Part shown: positions 53,585 to 62,983 of the stretch, piece after piece
Layout: each line of letters begins with the position of its first letter
How positions within the stretch are numbered: the first letter of the stretch is position 1
The notes under the pieces: generated by a model
What the model was told of the DNA's origin: nothing
Databases searched by the model: none
The model's input: the letters and a program-made list of their open reading frames with translations, nothing else
Program-made: the position numbers and the translations under genes
DNA from: Candidatus Poribacteria bacterium
GTDB taxonomy: Bacteria > Poribacteria > WGA-4E > WGA-3G
Length of the DNA stretch: 64,000 nucleotides
Direction: 5' to 3'
Assembly (NCBI GenBank): GCA_026706025.1
Contig: JAPOZO010000087.1
Coordinates: 15,522-79,521 of the forward strand

Positions 53585-55435
53585 GTGAAAAAGATTTATC
53601 TGTTTGTTCTTGCGATCTTCTGTCTTACTGCCTATCATGCCCAAGCACAGATTAAGTGGGATGCTGAGAAATTCATGCCGCTTTCTGAAATAAAGCTCGG
53701 TATGAAGGGCAAAGGTTACACTGTGTTCTCTGGGACAACGGTTGAGGAATTCGATTTTGAGGTAGTGAGTATCTACTACAACCGCTTCCCCGGTTTACAT
53801 ATTGTATGGGCAAAGGGAATCAGCGATAACTTTAAAAGAACGGGGTCTGCTGGTGGAATGAGTGGTAGTCCTATGTATATTGATGGTAGACTCATCGGAG
53901 CACTCTCGCGAAGTTATCGCAATCAGCGTGAACATGCAAACCTCTTCGGCATAACACCCATTGAGTTTATGATAAAGGTTACCGAATACGGTATGCAGCC
54001 CAATTTAAGTTATCAAGGTACCCAGCTGTTTAATTTTGGCACGCAAACGGTGGCAGAAAACATTGATGCCACCACACTTCTCTTTTCTAAGGGGAGTAGC
54101 AAGTATACGCGTCAATCTTTCGATAGTCTTCAAATGGATTACTTTTCGGAGCAACTCCCACTACCGGTTGCTATGTCCGGGGTTAATTCTGAAACCATGC
54201 GGTTCTATAAACCGCTTTTTGACAAATTTAATCTGATGCCGCTTGAGTCGCCAGGCGGTGGCAGCCAGGTAAAAAAGTCGCCTGTTGAACAAGGGCAGAT
54301 AGTCGGTGTCGCTTACGCGAGGGGGGATTATACCGCTTTTGGCTATGGAACGATTACTTATATTGATGGAGCAGAACTCCTTGCTTACGGGCACTCAAGG
54401 GATGGTGAGGGTAATGTCAACCTTCCAATTTCTGGTGGATATGTACACTTTATCATGCCGGGCCGCTTCAGATCTTCCAAAGTAGCCTCTGCAACGCAAA
54501 TCATTGGGACCTTAGTACAAGACCGCCAACCAGCTATCGCTGGCATTATTGGTAAGCATCCGTCCTACATTCCAGTGACACTCAATATGGAAACTGCCGA
54601 TGGCGGACTACATCATCGGTCTTATGAGGTAATTCGGCACCGTAGTTTTTCGCCTGTCTATGTTGAGGCTGGCGCAGCGTCTCTCGTTCGAGCGTTGGAG
54701 TTCGCTGCAGCCGACCATACGCTTACTGTCGGCACAACGATTACCTTGAAACCACAGCCAGGTCTCCTTGCTCGTGAAATCGTTTATAAAAATGTCTATT
54801 CCTCTGGCGGATCACCTATATATGGTGTTATGAGTGTACTGAGGACTCCACTATTACAGTTAAGCAATAATTCCTATACACCGGTTGAGTTTGAAAAAAT
54901 AGAGCTTAACTTAAAATTGGTGGATAAACGACGAAGTGCACGCATTGACGGGATTCAGGTTGATAAACAACGCTATCGTCCCGGGGAAACAGTTGAAGTC
55001 ATAATGACTTTGCGACCCTACCTTGAGAGTCCAATAACGCTAATGGGGACAATTACGATTCCTAATGATGCCCCTGATGGTCTTATTACCCTGTTGGCAA
55101 TGAACGCAACTGCAGACGCACAGTGGCAGCGTTCACGTGCACCGCTTAACTTTCGTCCCAAAAATATCAATCAACTTGTTAAAGTTCTACAGCAGCATGA
55201 AAGCAATACAGATATTATCTTTGAACTCTTTCTTAGCCAACCAGGGTTGACGATTCAAGGTGAAGAATTCTCCAATTTGCCAACCTCGGTAATGTCTGTG
55301 ATGAACTCAGCAAAGCAGATAGGCGAAAGTGGGTATACACGAAGCACTACGTTGCACCGCGATCGGCTGTCAACCAAATACGTTATCTTTGGTAGCGGCG
55401 CGCTTGAACTCGTTGTTGATAGAAATGCCCCTTAA
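53585..55435 (+). CDS. Exported SpoIVB/S55-like peptidase-domain protein, paralogue 2
   Basis: It aligns end to end with the protein encoded at 39190..41076 (QIKWDAEKFMPLSEIK...GGMSGSPMYIDGRLIGALS...VVDRNAP). The GTG at 53585 follows GGAG. The track ORF starts at 53519 and overlaps the ABC gene. Confidence 0.55.
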   Translation: MKKIYLFVLAIFCLTAYHAQAQIKWDAEKFMPLSEIKLGMKGKGYTVFSGTTVEEFDFEVVSIYYNRFPGLHIVWAKGISDNFKRTGSAGGMSGSPMYIDGRLIGALSRSYRNQREHANLFGITPIEFMIKVTEYGMQPNLSYQGTQLFNFGTQTVAENIDATTLLFSKGSSKYTRQSFDSLQMDYFSEQLPLPVAMSGVNSETMRFYKPLFDKFNLMPLESPGGGSQVKKSPVEQGQIVGVAYARGDYTAFGYGTITYIDGAELLAYGHSRDGEGNVNLPISGGYVHFIMPGRFRSSKVASATQIIGTLVQDRQPAIAGIIGKHPSYIPVTLNMETADGGLHHRSYEVIRHRSFSPVYVEAGAASLVRALEFAAADHTLTVGTTITLKPQPGLLAREIVYKNVYSSGGSPIYGVMSVLRTPLLQLSNNSYTPVEFEKIELNLKLVDKRRSARIDGIQVDKQRYRPGETVEVIMTLRPYLESPITLMGTITIPNDAPDGLITLLAMNATADAQWQRSRAPLNFRPKNINQLVKVLQQHESNTDIIFELFLSQPGLTIQGEEFSNLPTSVMSVMNSAKQIGESGYTRSTTLHRDRLSTKYVIFGSGALELVVDRNAP

Positions 55436-55508
55436 AAACAGACACCTCATTTTACTAATTTTACAACTATAAACCACTGCCACAAGCCAAACTCAGCCCG
55501 GCACAACT

Positions 55509-56477
55509 ATGAACCACGTCAAAATTACGACCCCGTCCCGTTTACACTTTTCCCTGCTTGATTTGAACGGCGCATTGGGACGGGTTGATGGTGGGTTCGG
55601 GCTTGCGATTGCAGAACCCAATTTCCAAATTATCGCTGAAATGGCAACGAATATTGATGTCGCGACCTCTGTGTACCGTGAACGCGCCATCACTGTTCTC
55701 CAACGCCTCCAACAAATCTATCCCTTCCCCGGTATTAAGTTAACATTTGAGTCTGAAATCCCGATGCATTGCGGATTCGGATCTGGCACTCAACTCGCAC
55801 TTGGGATCGCGCAGGCTGTCAATGTGTTGTATCAATTCGGGTTGGGTGTGCAAGAACTCGCGCAGGCTGTCGGGCGCGGTGGGACTTCAGGTATTGGGGT
55901 CGCAGCGTTTGATACCGGCGGGTTCATCGTGGATGGTGGACACCGTTTTCCTGAAGAAAAGGCTTCGTTCCTCCCTTCCTCTGCTGTTGGTGATATTCAA
56001 CCACCACCGATCTTACTCCGTTATTCATTTCCAGAATTGCCATTGCTAATCGTGATGCCGAATTGTTCGAGAATTTATGGCGATACAGAGGTGGAACTGT
56101 TTCGGACGTTGTGTCCACAACCAGAATGGGTTGCCCAGAAACTTTCACACATCTTACTGCTCCAGATACTTCCTGCCCTAATTGAAGGTGATATGTCCAA
56201 CTTTGGCAAAGCCTTAAACAATATTCAGACGTTTGGGTGGAAGAAAGTCGAAATTGAAGCACAAGGTTCTGAACTTCAATTAACACTCGACTACTTGCGC
56301 GACAACGGCGCATTCGGGGCGGCGGTGAGTAGTTGGGGACCAGCGATTTGCGTGATAGCGGAGGATATTGATAGACTAAAACTGGAGACCGAAGCATTCC
56401 TGAAAACACTACCGGATGGCGGAACCTGCTTTATTACGCGGGCGAACAACCTTGGGGCGCGCGTTGTGTCAGGTTAA
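55509..56477 (+). CDS. GHMP-kinase-superfamily protein resembling beta-ribofuranosylaminobenzene 5'-phosphate synthase
   Basis: The N-terminus TPSRLHFSLLDLNGALGRVDGGFGLAI matches my memory of the beta-RFAP synthase family. The GHMP motif is GFGSGTQLAL. Confidence 0.5.
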   Translation: MNHVKITTPSRLHFSLLDLNGALGRVDGGFGLAIAEPNFQIIAEMATNIDVATSVYRERAITVLQRLQQIYPFPGIKLTFESEIPMHCGFGSGTQLALGIAQAVNVLYQFGLGVQELAQAVGRGGTSGIGVAAFDTGGFIVDGGHRFPEEKASFLPSSAVGDIQPPPILLRYSFPELPLLIVMPNCSRIYGDTEVELFRTLCPQPEWVAQKLSHILLLQILPALIEGDMSNFGKALNNIQTFGWKKVEIEAQGSELQLTLDYLRDNGAFGAAVSSWGPAICVIAEDIDRLKLETEAFLKTLPDGGTCFITRANNLGARVVSG

Positions 56478-56509
56478 AAACAAAAACGGGCGGATGTTCT
56501 TATCCGCCC
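56476..56509 (-). terminator. Intrinsic terminator of nfuA
   Basis: In the minus sense, the 8-bp stem GGGCGGAT/ATCCGCCC is followed by GTTTTTGTTTTT. It overlaps the stop codon of the convergent gene. Confidence 0.7.
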
Positions 56510-56531
56510 ATCTATGTTATCTGGGTTATCG

Positions 56532-57146
56532 TTATCCTTTGCTTGGGGAATAATACGGGTTGTCCCCAGCAGCGTGATCAGTTGTATCAATCACGTGCTT
56601 AATTTCAGGAAAGACTTCCTGAATCATCGCTTCAATGCCGTGTTTGAGCGTGACATTTGCCATGCCACACCCTTGGCACCCGCCACCCATGTGGATATAG
56701 ATAGAATCCGCTTCAACGTTCAGAAGCTCTATTTGTCCACCGTGGGCGGCAACAGCCGGGTTAATCCGTTCATCGATGAGTTCCTGAATCTGTTGTGCCT
56801 TCGGATTATCCCAAGTAGGCGTGTTAGGGTTTTCGATGTTGAACCCACTTGAATTCAGGTCGTCGACATAGTCAATGACAGCACCTTGAAGGTCCGGCGC
56901 GCTTTCGGCATCGACGAGTACATTAAAATTCTCACATTCAACAACAAGGTCATCCGCTTGTGCTTCGGTCGCTAAACCGAGGCTGTATTGGAATGCCGTA
57001 GCAGTTCTGCCTTGGATGCTAATACGTAGACCTTCAACTTCAACTTCTTCGGCTTCTATCACTGCGTGAATCTTCTCTTGCGCGGCTTCTGTCACCGTAA
57101 GCAAAGGGGTTTCATTTCCCGTGAGCTTCTTCAAGAAATTCTTCAT
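56532..57146 (-). CDS. nfuA: Fe-S cluster carrier NfuA (degenerate A-type N-domain plus Nfu C-domain)
   Basis: The C-terminal domain reads INPAVAAHGGQIELLNVEADSIYIHMGGGCQGCGMANVTLKHGIE. The N-terminal HesB-like domain lacks the Cys triad. Confidence 0.8.
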   Translation of the reverse strand: MKNFLKKLTGNETPLLTVTEAAQEKIHAVIEAEEVEVEGLRISIQGRTATAFQYSLGLATEAQADDLVVECENFNVLVDAESAPDLQGAVIDYVDDLNSSGFNIENPNTPTWDNPKAQQIQELIDERINPAVAAHGGQIELLNVEADSIYIHMGGGCQGCGMANVTLKHGIEAMIQEVFPEIKHVIDTTDHAAGDNPYYSPSKG

Positions 57147-57167
57147 AGTTGCCTTCCGTGAGTAGTG

Positions 57168-58157
57168 TTATGCAGCAGTTTTCCCTGCCCAAGCCTGATC
57201 TGACTGGAATTCTCCCATTTCGTCATACAACACGCGCAATCGTTTAATTGCCTCAATCTCCAGTTGGCGCACCCGCTCCCGGGTAACTTCCAAGGCAACG
57301 CCAATTTCGCGGAGCGTCTTACGTTCTCCATCTTCGAGTCCAAAACGCATCCTCAGGACTTTCTGTTCTCGGTCCGGTAGTCTCTTAAGAAATTGGGCGA
57401 TCAGATCTTCGTTAATCATTTCTGCAATAGGACCTTCTTCGCCGCTGGTCGCGGGGTCCTCAATTAAATCACCTAATGTTGCGGCGGAGCGTTCATCGCT
57501 AAGTTGTAAATCCATTGAAATCGCATCAGCGTTAAACGTCAAAATTTCCTCAACCTGCCTGAGCGACAGGTCTAATGCTTCGGCTATTTCGTCGCGTCGA
57601 GGTTCACGTTGCAGTTCTTGGCATAGTGTCGCGTAGACAGCGTCAAACTTATTCATCTTCGCGACTACATAGGACGGGAGTCGAATTGAGCGAGAAAAAT
57701 TATCAAGCGTACGCATAATTGCCTGTTTAATCCACCAGATCGCATACGTACTGAATTTAAAACCCTTCCTATAATCAAATTTACTCGCTGCTTTAATCAG
57801 TCCAATATTTCCTTCTTGAATCAGATCTTCGAGTGGGACATTGTGTCCTTGGTATCTCACAGCGATTGAAATGACGAGCCGTAAGTTTGCTTGTACAAGT
57901 TGATCTCTTGCTTGCTCCGCATCCGCATTATAACCACTCTCTGTTTCACCAGCTTCAATTCGCTTCGCTAACTCAACCTCTTCTTCGCGGGTTAGCAGGC
58001 GGTGACCTGCTACGCTTCGAAGCCAACTCGTTAGTGCGCTCTGATCGCTCCCCTTATAACTCTCTGGAGGGTCTGCTTCATCTGCTGGATATGTCGCATC
58101 CATATAAGGATCAACACTTTCAATACTTGTCGTTTCACCGAGAAATTCGGCTTCCAT
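57168..58157 (-). CDS. RNA polymerase sigma factor, RpoD/RpoS (group 1/2) family
   Basis: Region 2 reads LVQANLRLVISIAVRYQG...DLIQEGNIGLIKAASKFDYRKGFKFSTYAIWWIKQAI. Region 4 contains TLREIG...VTRERVRQLE. Confidence 0.85.
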   Translation of the reverse strand: MEAEFLGETTSIESVDPYMDATYPADEADPPESYKGSDQSALTSWLRSVAGHRLLTREEEVELAKRIEAGETESGYNADAEQARDQLVQANLRLVISIAVRYQGHNVPLEDLIQEGNIGLIKAASKFDYRKGFKFSTYAIWWIKQAIMRTLDNFSRSIRLPSYVVAKMNKFDAVYATLCQELQREPRRDEIAEALDLSLRQVEEILTFNADAISMDLQLSDERSAATLGDLIEDPATSGEEGPIAEMINEDLIAQFLKRLPDREQKVLRMRFGLEDGERKTLREIGVALEVTRERVRQLEIEAIKRLRVLYDEMGEFQSDQAWAGKTAA

Positions 58158-58204
58158 CGTTCTCCTCTCCTTTTATGAGGCTTGATAAAATAATACAAAT
58201 GTTA

Positions 58205-58234
58205 ATGATACACTATGTTAAAACGTTTTGTCAA
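58205..58234 (-). promoter_or_regulatory. Sigma-70 promoter of the sigma-factor gene
   Basis: On the minus strand: TTGACA (58234-58229), an 18-nt spacer, then TATCAT (58210-58205). Confidence 0.55.
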
Positions 58235-58436
58235 GTAAAATGTTTAAAAAAAAGTGAAATTTCCCCTAAAAATCGGTATAACAAGGCATTTTAACGTAAT
58301 TTCAGAGAAAAAACAACATAAAAGTATAGGGGCACCGCTGTTTCCCTCAAGCGTATGCGCACAGCAACTCCACTTATTCGGAACGTATACCATTGATTCT
58401 GGGGAAGTGCTGAATGGGGGCTATTAGCACAATACC

Positions 58437-58931
58437 TTAAATGGCGTGTCCAATCAGGAGAACCGCTGCTGGCAATGAGGTCGCTTCTGTTGTTTCAAAT
58501 GCCCTGCTGATACATGAAATCTCATTGTCTGTTTCTAACAGCTCGTAAGGTAGGTGCCATGCTTTCAGGGTCGGTTCCAGAAAATTTGCTACAGAGTCAA
58601 CCCATTGTCCATCTGCGTCCCGATTGTGAAATCCACGATAGCCGATGAATACGACGACTGGTACCCGCATGTTGAACACCGTGCCGCGGATGGCATCGCC
58701 GGATTCCAGAAAACCTGTATTTTGGATAATTATCACCGGTTTTTTACCGCCCACGTACAAGCCAGAGGCAAGAGCGAATGCCTCTCCTTCACGGGTTACC
58801 GTAATAACTTCAATGCCGGGTTCGGTCCGTAAAAGCTCATAAATTCGGGCACTGCCATTGTCTGGAACACCTACGGCGTGTGTGATGCCTTGTTTTTTTA
58901 GTTCATTTACAATCTTCTGTGCTGATGCCAA
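58437..58931 (-). CDS. TPP-enzyme PYR-domain protein resembling the sulfopyruvate/phosphonopyruvate decarboxylase alpha subunit (ComD-like)
   Basis: It has ITHAVGVPDNGS and ITVTREGEAFALASGLYVGGKKPVIIIQNTGFLESGDAI. The length is 164 aa. A TTG start follows AGGGGT. No beta-subunit gene is adjacent. Confidence 0.55.
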   Translation of the reverse strand: MASAQKIVNELKKQGITHAVGVPDNGSARIYELLRTEPGIEVITVTREGEAFALASGLYVGGKKPVIIIQNTGFLESGDAIRGTVFNMRVPVVVFIGYRGFHNRDADGQWVDSVANFLEPTLKAWHLPYELLETDNEISCISRAFETTEATSLPAAVLLIGHAI

Positions 58932-59004
58932 TGTGTACCCCTACTTCTTGAAAATTTAATGCACAATGAATTACTTGACTTAAAAACCGAACTGCTTCGG
59001 GGAG

Positions 59005-59322
59005 TAGTTATCAGTTTTTAGAGCCGTCAGCTATCAATTAACCCAAGTTGCTACTGATAGATGTTGGTGTTTTTGCTTGGGTATTTCTGCGTATTTCCAA
59101 AGCGTTTTCCAAGTCCTTTCTTCACCCCGTATGAAGATTAAGAATTTAATCGGGTAATTCTAAGACGTGTGATTAACAGGCAGATCGGTTCGTAGTAGTG
59201 CGATTCATCGCACGTCGCAGTGCCTGAATTACCCAATTTATTTGTTAAACCTCATTAGGGGTGGTATATCTATAGAAACTGTAGCTGCTACACAAACCCT
59301 CTTAACTGACGACTGATAACTA
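59005..59322. repeat. 318-bp non-coding element bounded by an 11-bp perfect inverted repeat
   Basis: TAGTTATCAGT at 59005-59015 pairs with ACTGATAACTA at 59312-59322. Internal nested stems are GGGTAATTC/GAATTACCC and GTGCGAT/ATCGCAC. Confidence 0.5.
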
Positions 59323-59324
59323 TT

Positions 59325-61268
59325 CTACTGTCTCCCTTCAACCAATGCGTCAACAACCGTTGGGTCGGCAAGCGTTGAAGTATCACCGAGATCAGAGATG
59401 TCGCCTTCCGCGATTTTGCGGAGAATGCGCCGCATAATCTTGCCGGATCTTGTCTTTGGCAGCGCAGGCGTAAACTGAATCTTATCGGGTGTGGCGATCG
59501 GTCCGATATGTTGTCTAACTGCTTGTTTGATGCCTGTTTCTACATCGTCAGATGCGGATTCACCTGTCATGAGGGTTACATACGCGTAGATACCTTGTCC
59601 CTTAATGTCGTGTGGGTAACCGACGACCGCTGCCTCTGCCACCGCAGCGTGTTGACCGATTGCGCCTTCAACCTCTGCTGTCCCTAAACGGTGTCCAGAA
59701 ACGTTCAGGACATCGTCCACGCGACCCGTAATCCAGTAGTAACCATCTTCATCGCGTAGCACGCCATCGCCCGTCATATAGTAGCCGGGGAACCTACTAA
59801 AATAGACATCAACAAAACGTTCGTGGTCGCCGTAAACGGTGCGCATGATACCGGGCCACGCTGTTTTAATACACAGATAACCTGTCGCTGGGTTGCCTTC
59901 AACCTCGTTTCCTTCTTCATCTAATATCACCGGTTCAATCCCAAAGAACGGGAACGTTGCCGAACCCGGTTTCAACGGCGTTGCAGCGGGCAGGGGTGTC
60001 ATCAGAATACCACCGGTCTCGGTTTGCCACCATGTATCCACAATCGGGCACCGTTCCGCGCCGACGATATTGTAATACCACAGCCATTCCGGTTCTTTAA
60101 TCGGTTCACCCACCGTACCGAGTAACCTGAGTGTGGATCTATCATACTTCTCGACCCATGTATCGCCTTCCTTCATCAACGCTCGCAGTGCTGTCGGAGC
60201 GGTGTAGAAAATATTAATCTGATGCTTTTCGACGACTTGCCAAAAACGTCCGAAGTCCGGATAGTTCGGTACACCTTCAAACATGATGCTAATCGCACGG
60301 TTTGCAAGGGGACCGTAGATAATGTAAGAATGTCCCGTAATCCAACCGATGTCGGCGGTACACCAGTAGACATCGCCTTCGTGATAATCGAAGACTTGTT
60401 GATGCGTGTAAGATGTATAAACGAGATAGCCGCCTGTTGTATGTAAAACACCTTTCGGTTTTCCTGTTGAACCGGAGGTATATAGGATAAAGAGCGGATC
60501 TTCAGCGTTCATCACTGTAGGTTCGCATTCTGCGTCGGCATCTGCCATCGCTGCATGCCACCAGATATCGCGCGAGGCATCAAAATCCACTGCGTCGCCG
60601 GTGCGTTCCACGACGACAACTTTCTCAATAGACGGGCATTCCGCTACGGCTGCATCTGCATTCGCCTTCATCGGAATATCGCTACGCGGACCCCGCATTG
60701 CCGTGTCTTGCGTGATGAGCATTTTACATGCTGAGTCGTTGATCCTATCTCGGAGAGATTCCGCTGAAAATGCGCCGAAAACGATGGAGTGGACAGCGCC
60801 GATCCGCGCACACGCCAACATCGCAATCGCCAACTCTGGTACCATCTGTAGATAGATACAGACGCGATCCCCTTTTTCAACGCCTTGTGACTTCAGGACA
60901 TTAGCAAACTTTTTAACCTCGGCGAGAAGCGCATTGAAACTAAACGTCTTATCTTCAGACGGGTCATTTCCCTCCCAGATAATCGCGGTTGCATCACCGT
61001 GGCCTGCTTCTACATGTCGGTCAAGGCAGTTATAACAAGCGTTCAGTATCCCACCTTCAAACCATTTAATCTCACCGTCAACAAAGTCATAATCGCGAAC
61101 CGTATCCCATTTCTGATACCACGTCAACCGTTCCGCAACCGTTGCCCAGAATGCTTCCGGGTCTTGTATTGATTCAGCATATTGTGTCTGATACGCTTCT
61201 AAACTGTTGACATGTGCGTTATCAATCGGGTATGCAGTTTCCACCGGTGAAAAAACATTATTAGCCAT
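59325..61268 (-). CDS. acs: Acetyl-CoA synthetase
   Basis: It has [12 protein letters not shown] and [16 protein letters not shown]. The length is 647 aa. Confidence 0.95.
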   Translation of the reverse strand: MANNVFSPVETAYPIDNAHVNSLEAYQTQYAESIQDPEAFWATVAERLTWYQKWDTVRDYDFVDGEIKWFEGGILNACYNCLDRHVEAGHGDATAIIWEGNDPSEDKTFSFNALLAEVKKFANVLKSQGVEKGDRVCIYLQMVPELAIAMLACARIGAVHSIVFGAFSAESLRDRINDSACKMLITQDTAMRGPRSDIPMKANADAAVAECPSIEKVVVVERTGDAVDFDASRDIWWHAAMADADAECEPTVMNAEDPLFILYTSGSTGKPKGVLHTTGGYLVYTSYTHQQVFDYHEGDVYWCTADIGWITGHSYIIYGPLANRAISIMFEGVPNYPDFGRFWQVVEKHQINIFYTAPTALRALMKEGDTWVEKYDRSTLRLLGTVGEPIKEPEWLWYYNIVGAERCPIVDTWWQTETGGILMTPLPAATPLKPGSATFPFFGIEPVILDEEGNEVEGNPATGYLCIKTAWPGIMRTVYGDHERFVDVYFSRFPGYYMTGDGVLRDEDGYYWITGRVDDVLNVSGHRLGTAEVEGAIGQHAAVAEAAVVGYPHDIKGQGIYAYVTLMTGESASDDVETGIKQAVRQHIGPIATPDKIQFTPALPKTRSGKIMRRILRKIAEGDISDLGDTSTLADPTVVDALVEGRQ

Positions 61269-61423
61269 TTTATATTTTCATCTCCTCTACAAATCAATCT
61301 CCAGTTCTCAAAATGCCTCTACAAGTTGTATAGGATATATTCTATAGGAAAACGGTGAGCATGTCAACTGCAATTAGAGAATATTTTTATAAGAACGTAA
61401 GTTTCAGAAAAATATAGGCGTGT

Positions 61424-62911
61424 TTATTTTTTGGCAGCTCTCTCTAATTCCTTAGCCTTCTCAAAGTCCTTTTTCGCAGCCTCATGCTGTCCGAGTAATT
61501 TTCTGGCATCCCCACGGTTATAATAGGCAAGGACATGCGCGGAATTAAGGTTGATAGCTTCGGTGTAATCGTCAATTGCTGCTCGATAGTGCAGTACGGC
61601 TTCCGCCCTATTCCCTTTATCCGCCTCAGATTTTCCGCGAAGATACTTCACCCGTCCGCGATTGTGGTATCCTTTGTCATACTTTGGGGTTAACCCTATG
61701 GCTACGGTGTAATCTTTAATCGCTGCTTCATATAAAGCGTAGTCACGTTTTCCATTCGCACGATTATAATAAGCAGCGGTATATTTCGGGTTAAATTTGA
61801 TTGCGTGGGTATAGTCATCTATAGCACCGGCAGAGTCACCGATCTTAGATTTCGCGAACCCACGCTTAAAGTAGGCGCGGGCATACGCAGGGTTGAGTTG
61901 AATCGCTCTGTTGAATTCTGTTATCGCTGTGTCGTAATCCGCAGCATTAGATCTATTTTGCCCTTTCTTGAAGTAAACATAGGCACGGATCCGTTTTCGC
62001 TGCCGCCACTCCACCAACGGTTCCGTTCGTTCCGACACAGCGAGTAACCCCTTGAGTATATTTGATGGAATCTCGAAACTGTAGGAGTTGTCACTCCTTG
62101 CATGCACGCCAATAACTTGATTTTTACTGTTTAGCACAGGCCCGCCACTGCTTCCCGAAGAAGAATCGGCTGTTGTCACAAGCAAATTACCTCCATCCTT
62201 GGTACTGTGTATAGTGCCTGCCATAACCTTGTATTTTCTGCCAGGATACCCGACAGCAATAATAGACTCGCCGATTTCGACTGTATCGCTGTTTTCAAGC
62301 GGCAGTGGTGGCCCCTCACCGCTTATTTTTAGAATAACAAGATCGTTTTCCACATCAAACATAGTAACCGTTTCGACGCGCCAAATTACCTCCCTATCAG
62401 TTAACTTGACGAAAACGGGACCAGGACTGGCAACCACATGGATATTCGTTGCAATCTTGTCTATGTCCACAAAGAAGCCACTACCATAAAAAAAGCCACT
62501 TAAGGTTCCATTCCAACGCATCACTCGCACCGTGGACGCTCTCCCTTCTTCAGATGCTAAGTCCGTTGTTGATGCATCAGCATCCGCTGACTTTTTCAGT
62601 TTGATGGATTTATCATAGTCGGCTACACCGGCGTGATAAAGGTCTCGGGCTTTCTCCACATTCCCACGCGCGAATTCGGCATCCGCAAGTTTACACCTCG
62701 CTTTTGCCCGATCTTTATAAGCGGATGCATCCTCAGGATTCATTGTGATTGCGTCCGTATAATCCTCTACTGCACCCGTATAGTCGCCATCATTATGCTT
62801 CGCGAGACCGCTCTTAAAGGAGTTGTCGGTACTTTGCTGTGGTACCCGCGCACATGAGAGCAGCATCACAAAAGCCAATAAACTCATCAAAAATTTTCTG
62901 CTTTGTTTCAT
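61424..62911 (-). CDS. Lipoprotein with a trypsin-like serine protease domain flanked by TPR repeats (paralogue of the protein encoded at 13678..16182)
   Basis: The lipobox is MLLSC. The catalytic residues lie in GSGFFVDIDKIATNIHVV, DLVILKI and GSSGGPVLNSKNQVIGV. AAAGGAG precedes the ATG at 62911. The track ORF extends to 62968. Confidence 0.8.
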   Translation of the reverse strand: MKQSRKFLMSLLAFVMLLSCARVPQQSTDNSFKSGLAKHNDGDYTGAVEDYTDAITMNPEDASAYKDRAKARCKLADAEFARGNVEKARDLYHAGVADYDKSIKLKKSADADASTTDLASEEGRASTVRVMRWNGTLSGFFYGSGFFVDIDKIATNIHVVASPGPVFVKLTDREVIWRVETVTMFDVENDLVILKISGEGPPLPLENSDTVEIGESIIAVGYPGRKYKVMAGTIHSTKDGGNLLVTTADSSSGSSGGPVLNSKNQVIGVHARSDNSYSFEIPSNILKGLLAVSERTEPLVEWRQRKRIRAYVYFKKGQNRSNAADYDTAITEFNRAIQLNPAYARAYFKRGFAKSKIGDSAGAIDDYTHAIKFNPKYTAAYYNRANGKRDYALYEAAIKDYTVAIGLTPKYDKGYHNRGRVKYLRGKSEADKGNRAEAVLHYRAAIDDYTEAINLNSAHVLAYYNRGDARKLLGQHEAAKKDFEKAKELERAAKK

Positions 62912-62983
62912 ACGAAGACTCCTTTTCATCTTATAGACGTGGATCCCGACCACATATCTACAGAACAAGGCTGGAATACCTCT

